This document shows, piece by piece, positions 15,204 through 25,956 of a stretch of DNA of 64,000 bases (position 1 is the stretch's first letter; each line of letters starts with the position of its first letter). The notes below the pieces were generated by a model. It saw only the letters and a list, made by a program, of their open reading frames with translations. It ran no database searches and was not told the origin of the DNA. Source of the DNA: Elusimicrobiota bacterium (GTDB lineage Bacteria; Elusimicrobiota; UBA5214; JBBAAG01); assembly GCA_041658405.1 (NCBI GenBank), contig JBBAAG010000006.1, forward strand, positions 6,004 to 70,003. The letters run 5' to 3'. A program made the position numbers and the translations under genes.

Positions 15204-17144
15204 ATGACGTTCAGGTCTATAATTCTTGCATTAGTATTTGTTGTAATATCCGCATTGTGGGTATGGAAGTTTGAGTTAATGCTTTTGTCCTGCAACCTTA
15301 CAGAAGCCATCCCACCGATACCTGCGCTTGCCGGGTTGATATTTTTGGTAGTTCTTTACCCGCTGCTAAAATATCTGGGCGTAAAAAACCTGCTTACCCG
15401 CGGTGAAATTATGGTAGTGTTTATCTTCAACGTAATTGCAACGTTGATGTTCAGCATAGGCGTATTCCAGGCATTCCTGCCATACACCAGCGTGTTGTAT
15501 TACCACGATACTGTACTTAACAAATATGCTGATTTCAGGCAATATGTCCCGTCCTGGTTTGGCCCGCGGGATCCGGAAGTTATCCGCGGATTTTGGGAAG
15601 GTACGCCGGACGGCGCGGTACCCTGGGCACACTGGATTAAACCGTTGGCAGTATATCTCGGCTTCTTTTTATTGTACTGGTGGATCGCTACCTGTGTGTG
15701 GACAGTAATGAGAAAGCAGTGGGCGGAAAATGAGAGGTTGACATTTCCGTTGCTGAGTATTCCTCTGAGTTTGAGCGAAGAAGCGGCAGGAGAAAAGTTG
15801 CATGCTAAAGATGAGAAACCGTTTTTGTCCAACCCGTTAATGTGGCTGGGGTTCAGTATTGCCGGGATTAGCCAGGTGTTCAATCTGTTAAACACGATTG
15901 ACCCGTCGTTTCCAGCTTTAGGAAACTATTTCAGGTTCAGCACAATTTTTACGGAGCAGCCGCTGAAGTCAATTTCCGGGGTGATACTCGCGCACCGGCC
16001 GGAAGTCGTGGGGTTAGGATACCTTGTTCCGTCAGAAATATTGTTTTCCACCTGGATTTGTTATTGGATTGAACAGCTGGTAGTAGTGGCTGGCGCAGTG
16101 GTAAAAACTAATGTTCGAGGGTTTCCTCTAATCAATGAACAAGGTATTGGCGCGTACATGGCAATGGTAGTTATTGTGCTGTATGTTGCGCGGAAACATT
16201 TGTATATCGTTTTTAAGAAAGCGTTTACCAGCGCGCCGGAAATCGACGATAAAACTGAACCGTTACCTTACCGCGTAGCAGTTTTTGGCGGCCTGCTCGG
16301 GTTTATGGTGTTGATAGGTTTTTGTATGATCAGCGGGATGTCGCCATGGCTTGCGATCTTTTTCTTTGGTGTACTATTAAGTTTTGTGATGGTTTACGGC
16401 CGTATCCGCGCAGAGACAGGGATTCCGTCTGTTTGGACCTTGCCTATCTCACAAATAAAGAGCGCAACTTACCATATATGGGGGACGGATACGTTGACAT
16501 CGCTGGGCGGGTCGCTCTCAAGCCTAGCAATATTATCGTCATTTGGATTTATGATGAACGGCGGGTTTTTTAATCAAAGTACGGTGTATCAGCTTGAAAG
16601 TTTTCAATTAGGCGATAAAACCGGTGTTTCCCGCCGGCATATTGTGTGGCTAGGCCTCGGCGCAGTATTCACCGGGTTTATCCTGGGTGCAATAATGTAC
16701 CTCTCAACATATTACCAGTACGGGTTGAACAACCTAACAACGGGAACACGGACAACGTATAGCTTGCAGATATGGAATGAAGTTACTACCGCGGTGAGTA
16801 CGCCGCCAATTGCGTATTTTGCGCAAAAAGTTGCGTATGCCGCAGGGTTTGTGATTACGGGAATAATGTTTGTGATCCGCCAATTCGTATGGACAAAAAT
16901 GCCGTTGAACCCTATCGGATACCTCATTGCAACTAACGGCGCAGCTACGCATGTATGGTGGCCGTTTTTTGTCGCATGGGTGTGTAAAGGTATAATATTC
17001 AGGGTCGGCGGTGTGAAATTGTATAAAACATTGATCCCGACATTTTTGGGGTTGGTAATCGGGCAGTTTTTCTTTGCTGGAATATTCTGGGGATTTATTC
17101 ACTTATTCTTTCCGCAGTTGAAGTTCCATATATGGTTTACGTAA
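15204..17144 (+). CDS. large polytopic integral membrane protein of unknown function (>=12 TM)
   Basis: 646 aa, highly hydrophobic throughout, with no recognisable catalytic motif. It sits where a periplasmic adaptor would be expected, upstream of the OMF and RND genes. Confidence 0.6.
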   Translation: MTFRSIILALVFVVISALWVWKFELMLLSCNLTEAIPPIPALAGLIFLVVLYPLLKYLGVKNLLTRGEIMVVFIFNVIATLMFSIGVFQAFLPYTSVLYYHDTVLNKYADFRQYVPSWFGPRDPEVIRGFWEGTPDGAVPWAHWIKPLAVYLGFFLLYWWIATCVWTVMRKQWAENERLTFPLLSIPLSLSEEAAGEKLHAKDEKPFLSNPLMWLGFSIAGISQVFNLLNTIDPSFPALGNYFRFSTIFTEQPLKSISGVILAHRPEVVGLGYLVPSEILFSTWICYWIEQLVVVAGAVVKTNVRGFPLINEQGIGAYMAMVVIVLYVARKHLYIVFKKAFTSAPEIDDKTEPLPYRVAVFGGLLGFMVLIGFCMISGMSPWLAIFFFGVLLSFVMVYGRIRAETGIPSVWTLPISQIKSATYHIWGTDTLTSLGGSLSSLAILSSFGFMMNGGFFNQSTVYQLESFQLGDKTGVSRRHIVWLGLGAVFTGFILGAIMYLSTYYQYGLNNLTTGTRTTYSLQIWNEVTTAVSTPPIAYFAQKVAYAAGFVITGIMFVIRQFVWTKMPLNPIGYLIATNGAATHVWWPFFVAWVCKGIIFRVGGVKLYKTLIPTFLGLVIGQFFFAGIFWGFIHLFFPQLKFHIWFT

Positions 17145-17175
17145 AGTGTTGATGTAAACTATTTGTTATATATCG

Positions 17176-18444
17176 ATGTCTAATTATATTATGAGTTTAA
17201 AGACAGGTTTTTTGGTTATAGCAGTTGGTGTTATTATAAACACAACGGTGTTTGTACCGGTACACGCAGAACCTATGCCGTCATTAACTGAATGTGTTTC
17301 TTATACGATAACAAACCCTGAGTTGCTTAGGTTACAGGAACAAAAAGTTCGGCAGGTGAGCGAGCATATCGGGCAAGCACAGGGTGATCAATTCCCGGAT
17401 ATCCGCGCGGGATACAAAAATTACCTTACCGGTATAATATCTTCGAGGATGGCGGATGTGAACGAACCAAAGATTACGGTAACCCAGCCGCTATATTACG
17501 GCGGGAAAAAGAAGGTTGCGGTACAATCTGCTGAACATGAACTTACCCGCGAGAAAATGTTGTTGGAAAGCGTTAAACGCGATATAGCTGCAGGGGTTAC
17601 TGAAACGTTTTATAACATCGCGGAGTACGATATTGATATACGTAACACAGATGAAACTATTGAATTACTAAGGAAACGGGTAAAAGAACTGTCTGACCGT
17701 GTACGTATCGGTAAGTCGCGGGAAAGTGAAGTATTGACATTAGAATACCGTATCTCTCAATTTCTTGCGCAACGTGAACAGCTGGTGTATAACCGTAAGA
17801 CTTCGTTAGAAACATTGGCGTACTATACCGGCAAAAGTTTTGATGGTATTAACTATACCGTGAACGCAGGAAGTGTTACTGCCGTCACATTTGAAGATTG
17901 TTGTTCGAATATCAGGGGACGTTCTGACCTCAAAATGTTAAAGGAAGAGCTGGAACTCCAGTCATTACGCGTATTAACCGCAAAAGCGGGTTTATTACCA
18001 TCAGTATCACTGACTAACAGCTGGAACCTGTGGAAACTGGTGGAAGACGGGACCGGTTGGGACTTAACCCTGTCTATTGATTACCCGTTATACCGCGGCG
18101 GGATGATTAAATCGTTAGTGAAAGAAGAAGAGATTAAGAAAAGTATCGTCGAAGAACAAATCGCGAGGAAAGAACGGGATATACGGCTTGAACTCACGAG
18201 GATATATAATAACTATTCTTCTGCGATAGCGCAAATATCTCCTTTACGTAATGCGTATGAAAAATCTGTTAAAAACTATGAGCTTCAATTACAGGATTAT
18301 AAGTATAGCTTGGTGAATAACCTTGAAGTATTAACCGCGATGACTACGATGCTGGAACTCAAACGTGCGGCTGACCGCGCAGAAGTTCAGGTGGGCTATA
18401 ACGCATCAATGCTGAGGGTGTTAACTGAACAGTTTGGGATGTAA
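17176..18444 (+). CDS. TolC-like outer membrane efflux protein (OMF/OEP family)
   Basis: Signal peptide, two OEP repeats and a coiled-coil-rich sequence (TQPLYYGGKKKVAVQSAEHELTREKMLL...). 422 aa. Confidence 0.75.
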   Translation: MSNYIMSLKTGFLVIAVGVIINTTVFVPVHAEPMPSLTECVSYTITNPELLRLQEQKVRQVSEHIGQAQGDQFPDIRAGYKNYLTGIISSRMADVNEPKITVTQPLYYGGKKKVAVQSAEHELTREKMLLESVKRDIAAGVTETFYNIAEYDIDIRNTDETIELLRKRVKELSDRVRIGKSRESEVLTLEYRISQFLAQREQLVYNRKTSLETLAYYTGKSFDGINYTVNAGSVTAVTFEDCCSNIRGRSDLKMLKEELELQSLRVLTAKAGLLPSVSLTNSWNLWKLVEDGTGWDLTLSIDYPLYRGGMIKSLVKEEEIKKSIVEEQIARKERDIRLELTRIYNNYSSAIAQISPLRNAYEKSVKNYELQLQDYKYSLVNNLEVLTAMTTMLELKRAADRAEVQVGYNASMLRVLTEQFGM

Positions 18445-18463
18445 AAAGGAGTAATAACCAATA

Positions 18464-21400
18464 ATGTTGTCTGACATATCAATAAAAAACCCGGTATTCG
18501 GATGGATGCTATTGATTGGTATCATCGTATTTGGCGGCCTTTCGTTTATGACACTTGGCGTAAGCCAGTTACCCGACGTAGACGCGCCTGTATTGAGTAT
18601 AAGCGCGTCATGGGAAAACGCAGCGCCGGAGATTATTGAAACAACAATTACGGATATTATCGAAAGTACGGTTATTGGAATCCAGGGCGTGACAGAAATT
18701 AATTCTTCATCAAGAAAAGGGCAGGCATGGATAACTGTTACGTTTGATATCAATAAAAACATTGATGTTGCGTTACAAGAGGTTCAGAGCAAGCTTGCGC
18801 GGGCACAACACTCGTTACCGGAAGATATGGAACCCCCTACAATAATGAAGTCCAATCCGGAAGATCAGCCGATAGTATGGATAACCTTCTCAGGGAAACG
18901 CGGGATGAAAGAACTTATGCAGTTTACCCAGGATTATCTTAAGGACCAGTTCTCCACGATCCCTGGTGTTGGCGAAGTAACCCTTGGCGGGTTCGCGGAA
19001 CCGTGTTTGCGTGTATGGCTGAACTCAGATAAAATGTTGCAAAACGAACTCACAGTTGATGATGTTACCGCAGCGATCGGGTCGGAACATTCTGAAGTCC
19101 CCGCGGGATATATAGACACCGGGACAAAGGAACTTAATATCCGCGTAGTAGGCGAAGCCGGTAGCGTTGAAGAGTTTCAATCAATAATTATTCCTGGCCG
19201 CCGCGGTGCGCCTATGTGGAAAAAGTTCAGGATAAAAGATGTTGCGGATGTTGAAGACGGAATGGCAGATCTCAGGCATATAGCGAGAACGATGGGTGAG
19301 CAGTCGGTGGGGATCGGGATACGGAAACAGCGCGGGACAAATGCTGTGGAAGTTGCGAAAAATGTTAAGAAACGTATTGCGGAAATAAAAAAATTTCTTC
19401 CGGCAGACACAAATCTGTCTATACGGTTTGACACTACAAAGTTTGTTGAAGAATCTATAAAAGAAATGAATTTTGTGTTAATCCTTTCAGTTGTTCTGAC
19501 AGCGTTTGTGTGCTGGCTGTTCCTTGGTTCTATTAGTTCGGCAGTAAATATATTTCTGACAATTCCGATGTCGATTATTGGCGCGTTTTTTGTTATAAAA
19601 CTTTTTGGGTTTACGTTGAATACATTCACGTTATTAGCATTATCGCTGGTCGTAGGGATTGTGGTGGATGATGCTATTATGGTGCTTGAGAATATTACAC
19701 GCCACAGGGAAGCAGGCGAGCCGCGGATACGCGCTGCAATAAAAGGCGCACGGGAGATATCCTTTGCCGCGATTGCTGCTACGTTGTCGATACTCGCAAT
19801 ATTTATCCCCGTAATTTTTATGAAAGGCGTTATTGGCAAAAACTTTTTCCAGTTTGGCGTAACAATATCATCAGCAGTAATGATTTCTTTACTGGGAGCC
19901 TTGACATTAACCCCGATGTACAGCGCGCAGTTTTTGACCGTGGGCCACACAACGGGTATCGGCAGGTTGATGGACCGTATAATGGCGGTATTACGGAAAG
20001 TATATACCTCCCTGCTAGGCCAGTGCTTACGCCATCGCTGGAGGGTAATATTCGTGGCAGTAGTGTTTTTCACGGGGTCATTGTTTTTGTTTAATTTAGT
20101 TAAAAAAGAGTTTGCTCCTGCGCAGGACCAGAGTATGTTGAATGTCCGGATACAAACTGATATAGGGACATCATTGGAAATTACGGATAAAGTATTTGCC
20201 GCAGCAGAACTAGCTGTTATGCAAATACCCGAGTCGCAAACGTATTTCAGTAATTTCGGGGGTAGTGATTCTAACTCCGGCAATATTTCGTTAACACTAA
20301 AAAAACCCAAAACCCGGCCTATAAACAAAAAGAAAAACCGTGTGCTTACCCAGCAGGAAATAATTCCTATGGTCCGCGAGAAAATTAAGGCTGTCCCCGG
20401 TGTACGCAGGGTTACGGTTCAAGACCCGTCGTTGTTAAGTTTTGGCTCGCAACGCGGGTTCCCGGTTGAGTTTACGCTGCGCGGGCGTGACTGGGCAAAA
20501 CTTGCGGAGTTAAGCAAGGAAATGGCAAAACAAATGGATGCTTCCGGCGTTATGACTGATGTTGATAGCGATTATCGTATTGGCGTACCGGAACTCGCTG
20601 TATTACCTGACCGTAATAAAGCAGCGGAACGCGGGGTGAGTATTTCTACTATTGGCAACACAATAAACGCGTTGATTGCCGGTGTGCGTGCCGGTAAATA
20701 TACTGCCGGTGGGAGAAGGTATGATATTCGCGTACAGTTGGTATCGTCGGACCGTAAACAGGTTAAGGATATCAGCAGGATATGGGTACGTAATAACCGC
20801 GGGGAAACTGTGCGGTTATCTGATGTTGTTAGTATAGGCCAGCAGCCTAGTATGCTGTCAATTATGCGGCAAAACCGTGAACGCGCAATCCGCGTATTTG
20901 GCAATATCGCGCAGGGAAAGTCGCAGGGTGAAGCGTTACAGAAGGTTGAAGAAATAGCAAAAAAAGTATTGCCCGAGGGTTATAAAATCGTATTTTCGGG
21001 CAGTTCAAAAACGTTTAAGGAATCGTTTAATAGCTTATACGTTGCGTTAATTCTTGGGATTTTTGTGGCATACATGATACTTGGTGTGCAGTTTAATAGT
21101 TTTATTCATCCGTTCACCGTACTTCTTGCGTTACCGTTTAGTATTTCCGGTGCAGTTATTGCGTTATTGCTAACTCATAACTCGTTGAATATCTACAGCG
21201 CTATCGGTATAATACTTCTGATGGGCATTGTGAAAAAGAATTCTATATTGCTGGTAGATTTTACCAATCAGTTAAGGGAAAAAGGTGAGAATGTTAATGA
21301 CGCGTTGATGAAAGCATGTCCCATACGGTTAAGGCCGATTATTATGACGTCGTTCTCCACTATTGCCGGGGCGATACCTTCTGCTTTGGCGCTCGGGCCC

Positions 21401-21568
21401 GGTGCGGAGTCCAGAATACCAATGGCGGTAGTTATAATCGGCGGTGTATTGTTCTCTACGTTGTTAACCCTTTTTGTAGTTCCTTGTGCATATAGTTTAT
21501 TGTCGCGGCTTGAAAGCCGGGCGCATCAGCAGGAAGTGCATGAAGCTATTAAGGAACTCGGGCAATAA
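18464..21568 (+). CDS. RND efflux permease (AcrB/HAE-type)
   Basis: 1034 aa with 12 TM and two large periplasmic loops. Conserved motifs are VVGIVVDDAIMVLENI and KACPIRLRPIIMTSFSTIAGAIP. Confidence 0.85.
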   Translation: MLSDISIKNPVFGWMLLIGIIVFGGLSFMTLGVSQLPDVDAPVLSISASWENAAPEIIETTITDIIESTVIGIQGVTEINSSSRKGQAWITVTFDINKNIDVALQEVQSKLARAQHSLPEDMEPPTIMKSNPEDQPIVWITFSGKRGMKELMQFTQDYLKDQFSTIPGVGEVTLGGFAEPCLRVWLNSDKMLQNELTVDDVTAAIGSEHSEVPAGYIDTGTKELNIRVVGEAGSVEEFQSIIIPGRRGAPMWKKFRIKDVADVEDGMADLRHIARTMGEQSVGIGIRKQRGTNAVEVAKNVKKRIAEIKKFLPADTNLSIRFDTTKFVEESIKEMNFVLILSVVLTAFVCWLFLGSISSAVNIFLTIPMSIIGAFFVIKLFGFTLNTFTLLALSLVVGIVVDDAIMVLENITRHREAGEPRIRAAIKGAREISFAAIAATLSILAIFIPVIFMKGVIGKNFFQFGVTISSAVMISLLGALTLTPMYSAQFLTVGHTTGIGRLMDRIMAVLRKVYTSLLGQCLRHRWRVIFVAVVFFTGSLFLFNLVKKEFAPAQDQSMLNVRIQTDIGTSLEITDKVFAAAELAVMQIPESQTYFSNFGGSDSNSGNISLTLKKPKTRPINKKKNRVLTQQEIIPMVREKIKAVPGVRRVTVQDPSLLSFGSQRGFPVEFTLRGRDWAKLAELSKEMAKQMDASGVMTDVDSDYRIGVPELAVLPDRNKAAERGVSISTIGNTINALIAGVRAGKYTAGGRRYDIRVQLVSSDRKQVKDISRIWVRNNRGETVRLSDVVSIGQQPSMLSIMRQNRERAIRVFGNIAQGKSQGEALQKVEEIAKKVLPEGYKIVFSGSSKTFKESFNSLYVALILGIFVAYMILGVQFNSFIHPFTVLLALPFSISGAVIALLLTHNSLNIYSAIGIILLMGIVKKNSILLVDFTNQLREKGENVNDALMKACPIRLRPIIMTSFSTIAGAIPSALALGPGAESRIPMAVVIIGGVLFSTLLTLFVVPCAYSLLSRLESRAHQQEVHEAIKELGQ

Positions 21569-21588
21569 ACAGTTGATTGTTCCCGGGT

Positions 21589-23103
21589 TTAACTTTCGTA
21601 AAGTTTTGTTGTTGAAAACTGCGGGTCGCTCGTGAGGTTTACCCCAAGTTTTTTTAATCCGGCGTCATCTCCCGGTGTGGGGATATGCGTGGTATGAACT
21701 TCACAACCCTGTAAATCCTTGAGTTTTTCCATCGCAAGCTGTGCTGCGGGATTTGATGCGGAACTTATACTCAACGCTATAAGCGTTTCTTCCAGGTCGA
21801 GGCTGACATTTTTTGCGCCTAATATAGTTTTTTTGAATTTACCTATGGATTCCAGGATGTTAGGCGATAATAAATGTATATTTTTAGGTATCCCCGCAAG
21901 TTTTTTTGTTGCGTTCAGTACAAGGCATGATGCTGCGTGCATCAACGCAGAATTTTTGCCGGTAACTACGGTACCGTCTTGCAGCTCAATCGCTGCACCG
22001 CAGTAAATACCGTTATGCCCTTTTTTCTTTGTTTCCGCATCTTTTGCAGCTTCACGTGCCGGTGCGACAACACTGCGGGCTTCAGGTTTCAGCCCGAGTT
22101 GTTCCATCAGCATTTCTTCACGCTGGACAGTATCTCTTTCTTCCAACCCCATAGCATACTCGCAACACGCACGGAAGTAGCGCCGTATAACTTCCTGTTT
22201 TGCCGCGTCCTTCACAATTTCGTCGTCAGTTATTCCGAAGCCTGCACGGTTGACACCCATATCCGTAGGTGATTTATACACATCTTTGGTACCCATTATT
22301 TTTTCTAGTATACGACGTATCACAGGAAATACTTCTACATCGCGGTTGTAGTTTATCAAGGTTTCCCCGTATGCTTCAAGGTGGTGAGAGTCAATCATAT
22401 TAAAATCTTTGATATCCGCGGTAGCGGCTTCATACGCAACGTTGACCGGATGCTTAAGCGGGATGTTCCAGATAGGGAATGTTTCGAATTTAGCGTAGCC
22501 CGAGTTTTTGCCGTGCTGGTGGTCATGATAAAGCTGGGAGAGGCACGTGGCGAGCTTCCCACTGCCGGGGCCCGGTGCGGTGACAACAACTAACGGCTTA
22601 TTTGTTTTTATATACGGATTAGCGCCGTACCCGTCTTTACTGACGATTGTGTCAATATCGGTTGGGTATCCTTTGATTGCGAAGTGAGTATATACGTTAA
22701 CCCCGCGGCGTTCAAGTTTGGTTTTAAACAATTTCGCAGCGGGTTGGTTGCCGAACCGCGTGATTACAACCGCGAGGACGTTTATATCCCATTCTTTGAG
22801 GTCGTCAATAAGCTTCATAGCGTCAACGTCGTAGGTGATCCCGAAATCTGCACGGATTTTACGGCGTTCAATATCACCGGCGTAGATGCATAGTATGATA
22901 TCCGCATTGTCTTTAAGTTTTTGGAGTAACCGCATTTTTACGTTGGGGTCAAAACCGGGTAGTACGCGCGCAGCATGGTAGTCATAAATAATTTTTCCGC
23001 CGAACTCAAGATAAAGTTTGTTATCAAACCTTTTTGCGCGTTCCATAATCGCTGCAGTTTGTTCGTTAAGGTATTTTTCGTTGTCAAACCCTGTTTTTCT
23101 CAT
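21589..23103 (-). CDS. DUF1846 (UPF0371) family protein
   Basis: 504 aa. The N-terminus [49 protein letters not shown] is characteristic of UPF0371/DUF1846. It is convergent with the RND gene. Confidence 0.65.
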   Translation of the reverse strand: MRKTGFDNEKYLNEQTAAIMERAKRFDNKLYLEFGGKIIYDYHAARVLPGFDPNVKMRLLQKLKDNADIILCIYAGDIERRKIRADFGITYDVDAMKLIDDLKEWDINVLAVVITRFGNQPAAKLFKTKLERRGVNVYTHFAIKGYPTDIDTIVSKDGYGANPYIKTNKPLVVVTAPGPGSGKLATCLSQLYHDHQHGKNSGYAKFETFPIWNIPLKHPVNVAYEAATADIKDFNMIDSHHLEAYGETLINYNRDVEVFPVIRRILEKIMGTKDVYKSPTDMGVNRAGFGITDDEIVKDAAKQEVIRRYFRACCEYAMGLEERDTVQREEMLMEQLGLKPEARSVVAPAREAAKDAETKKKGHNGIYCGAAIELQDGTVVTGKNSALMHAASCLVLNATKKLAGIPKNIHLLSPNILESIGKFKKTILGAKNVSLDLEETLIALSISSASNPAAQLAMEKLKDLQGCEVHTTHIPTPGDDAGLKKLGVNLTSDPQFSTTKLYES

Positions 23104-23494
23104 CTTGGCATGCTCCTTCTTTTATTTTTTTTGTTTTAAACACATAAATTTGGTTTGCCAGGCGGTACCAACCCTGGACGCTGTTCTCGAGTTTGAAGTA
23201 GTGGATAATATAGGGAATCAGGAGTATAAAAAATAACGCGTCTACAATAATGAAGCCAGTATTTTTGGAGTAAAGAGTGAAAAATACTGTTAACAGAGAC
23301 ATTATGGCAAACGCGAGGGTTACTAATAAATGTATTAACCGTTCATGCTGCAGGTATTTTATCTGCTGGTTATGGAATCTGTAGAGCTCTTCCCAGTCGT
23401 ATGCCGGGTCATAGTTTTCTATCAACGTGCGGATATGTGTTTCGTGTTTCTTCAAATATGCGTTCATATTTTTATCAAATAAATACCCCTTCAA
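23084..23494 (-). CDS. small membrane protein (2 TM), hypothetical
   Basis: 136-aa ORF overlapping the DUF1846 start by 20 nt. It has two hydrophobic helices ([23 protein letters not shown] and [17 protein letters not shown]). Confidence 0.4.
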   Translation of the reverse strand: MKGYLFDKNMNAYLKKHETHIRTLIENYDPAYDWEELYRFHNQQIKYLQHERLIHLLVTLAFAIMSLLTVFFTLYSKNTGFIIVDALFFILLIPYIIHYFKLENSVQGWYRLANQIYVFKTKKIKEGACQDEKNRV

Positions 23495-23652
23495 TTATGA
23501 TAACGCCATTGTTTAAAAGTAATTATAGTACCCGTTTTCCTATGTTGCAACAATAATGTTAAAAATATTTATACTGAGTACAATTTTATATAATTATAAA
23601 ATTAGAGCGCGGGTGTTGATTATACATAAGTTCATATCAGGAGATTTTCTGT

Positions 23653-25938
23653 ATGCTATCAAAAAGGTTTCAGCAGTTTAAACTTGAAGCGGAGAAGGAT
23701 GTAGGGAGTAAACAGCGGTATGACTTTCTGCTTGACCGCGCTGTATTGTTGACGGAAGGGTATAAGCTTAACACTGCCGTACCGTTCGAACTTAGACGTG
23801 CAAAAGCGTTGGCGTACCTCATAGCAAATACTAAACCGCGGATGGATGAATCATCAATTATTGCGGGGTATTACCCGCATGTAAACGGTATGATGATCGC
23901 ATATCCCGAATTATTTGGGTCAGGGGTGAAAGATATAAATGATTATGTTTCGAAAAAACCATACAAAGGAAAACAAAAAGCGCAGCTTGTCGACGTTCTT
24001 GAGTTTTGGACACGGCAGGCGCCGGTGAGTTTAAATACTGCTATTTCTGATCCCAAAATAGGAAGTTATCGATATAACGGCATATTTATGGGTTCTGGTT
24101 GGTGTAACGGGCATTGTGTGCCGAATCACGAAAAAATTTTAAAGATAGGGTATTCCGGTGTAGCTAAAGAAGCAATTGCTGTAATTAAGAAATTAAAACC
24201 TGAAGCACCAGGTTTTTATGAGCATAAACTGTTTTTAGACGGGATTATCGATATTTGTAATGCTGTAAAAGTTTTTGGGGAGAACTATGCTGCGGAACTT
24301 GAACTACGTGCAAATAAATGTGGTGGTACAGAACGCCAGAGGTTGTTAATACTTGCGGATACCTGCCGCCGGGTGCCGTACTATCCTGCGGAAAGTTTTA
24401 TCGATGCTGTGCAATCATTATGGTTCCAGCATATGATGATTACTATGGAAGACCAGCCTAACGCGCAATCACCCGGCAGGATAGACCAGTTTCTTTATCC
24501 TTACTTCAAAAAGGATAAGGTTGATGACGCGACAGCTACTGAATTAATGACAGACTTGTTTTTGAAATACTGGAAACCCTATGATGTGCAGAACACGATG
24601 GTTGGCGGGCAGAGGGTTGACGGTACTGACGCAGTAAATGAGTTGTCGTATATCACTCTAAAAGTGCTGAAGGATTTGCATATGATCCGCCCGGTATCCG
24701 TTAGATATCACAAGAAAACGGATTTCGGGTTAATTGAAGCTGCTGCGGATGTTATCTCTGACGGTATGGGTGTTCCCATGATGTTCAACGACGATATTAT
24801 AATCCCGTCATTGCTGGATAAAGGTATTTCTTTGGAAGACGCGAGGGATTATGCGATTATCGGGTGTATTGAAGTGACTATCTCCGGGAAAGCCAACCCC
24901 CGAGCGGTGAGTCATTTAATGAACCTCGGAAAATGTTTTGAGCTCGCAATAAATAATGGTAAAGACATGCGTACTGGCGGACAGCTTGGAGTAGAAACCG
25001 GGTATCTATATAACTGTAAGAACTCTGCGCAGTTAATGAGAATATATAAGCAACAGGTTGAATATTTTGCGAAGTACGCGGTTGCAATGTCGAATACCGG
25101 CGAAAAAATTCAGGCGTCAACTTATCCTATGCCTATCCTCTCTGCGATGACGGATGATTGTGTATCCCGCGGGGTGGACATCACAAAAGGCGGAGCAAGG
25201 TATAACTACCATAGTACCTGCGGGATCGGTGTGCCAAATGTTGCGGACTCAATCGCTGCGGTTGATACTTTATGTTTTAAAACAAAAAAGTTGTCATTAC
25301 GCAAGGTGTATAACGCATTAAAAAGTAATTATAAGGACACTGAACCTGTGCGCCTGTTGTTGCTAAACCACGCGCCAAAGTACGGTAATGATATTGACTA
25401 TGTGGATAAGTACGCACGTGAAGTTGCGGGGCATTACTGCGACGTTATGAGTAAACACCGCAGCCCTACCGGGCAGTATTTTACGCACCTGTTTTCGTTC
25501 CGGTGGCACCTTGATCCGTGCGGGAAAAATTGCTGGGCAACGCCTGACGGGCGCAGGGCCGGTGATCCGCTGGCATACAGTATTTCCGCAACACAGGGAC
25601 GGGATATTATCGGTGCGACAGCTGTGTGTAATTCAGTTGCAAAAATTGACCATCGGAAGTCCGCGGCAGGGACGTCGTTTATTATTGAACTTCATCCCAG
25701 CGTGTTTGATGATGATGGATACAAAAAAGTTGCGGCACTGATGAAAACCTTTTTTGATAACGGCGGGGGTCAGTTGCAGTTCAATGTTGCCTCCGCGGAT
25801 ACTTTAAAAAAAGCACAGGAGAAACCTGAGGATTATAAAAACCTTTTTGTCCGGGTATCAGGTTTCAGCAGCCAGTTTGTTACGCTTGATAAAGAAATGC
25901 AGGATCATATTATTGCACGGACTAAGCATAGAAGGTGA
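23653..25938 (+). CDS. glycyl radical enzyme (PFL-like fold), eliminase-type Cys-x-Glu thiyl loop
   Basis: 761 aa. The C-terminal glycyl-radical motif is FVRVSGFSSQFVTLDKEMQDHIIARTKH. The thiyl loop is IGCIEVTISG, a single Cys followed by Glu as in choline lyase and glycerol or Hyp dehydratases, not the PFL Cys-Cys. Confidence 0.8.
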   Translation: MLSKRFQQFKLEAEKDVGSKQRYDFLLDRAVLLTEGYKLNTAVPFELRRAKALAYLIANTKPRMDESSIIAGYYPHVNGMMIAYPELFGSGVKDINDYVSKKPYKGKQKAQLVDVLEFWTRQAPVSLNTAISDPKIGSYRYNGIFMGSGWCNGHCVPNHEKILKIGYSGVAKEAIAVIKKLKPEAPGFYEHKLFLDGIIDICNAVKVFGENYAAELELRANKCGGTERQRLLILADTCRRVPYYPAESFIDAVQSLWFQHMMITMEDQPNAQSPGRIDQFLYPYFKKDKVDDATATELMTDLFLKYWKPYDVQNTMVGGQRVDGTDAVNELSYITLKVLKDLHMIRPVSVRYHKKTDFGLIEAAADVISDGMGVPMMFNDDIIIPSLLDKGISLEDARDYAIIGCIEVTISGKANPRAVSHLMNLGKCFELAINNGKDMRTGGQLGVETGYLYNCKNSAQLMRIYKQQVEYFAKYAVAMSNTGEKIQASTYPMPILSAMTDDCVSRGVDITKGGARYNYHSTCGIGVPNVADSIAAVDTLCFKTKKLSLRKVYNALKSNYKDTEPVRLLLLNHAPKYGNDIDYVDKYAREVAGHYCDVMSKHRSPTGQYFTHLFSFRWHLDPCGKNCWATPDGRRAGDPLAYSISATQGRDIIGATAVCNSVAKIDHRKSAAGTSFIIELHPSVFDDDGYKKVAALMKTFFDNGGGQLQFNVASADTLKKAQEKPEDYKNLFVRVSGFSSQFVTLDKEMQDHIIARTKHRR

Positions 25939-25956
25939 ATAGGTAATACAATTTAA

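Noticed and set aside
19177-20328. 383-aa ORF on the minus strand inside the RND permease gene
   Set aside because: It is entirely antisense to a strongly supported AcrB-type CDS. The Ile/Asn/Ser-rich, low-complexity translation is typical of antisense frames of AT-rich coding DNA.
23495-23652. Possible sigma-70 promoter upstream of the GRE gene (TTGCAA ... TATACT)
   Set aside because: The spacer is about 19 nt and the region is uniformly AT-rich. It cannot be distinguished from background by eye.
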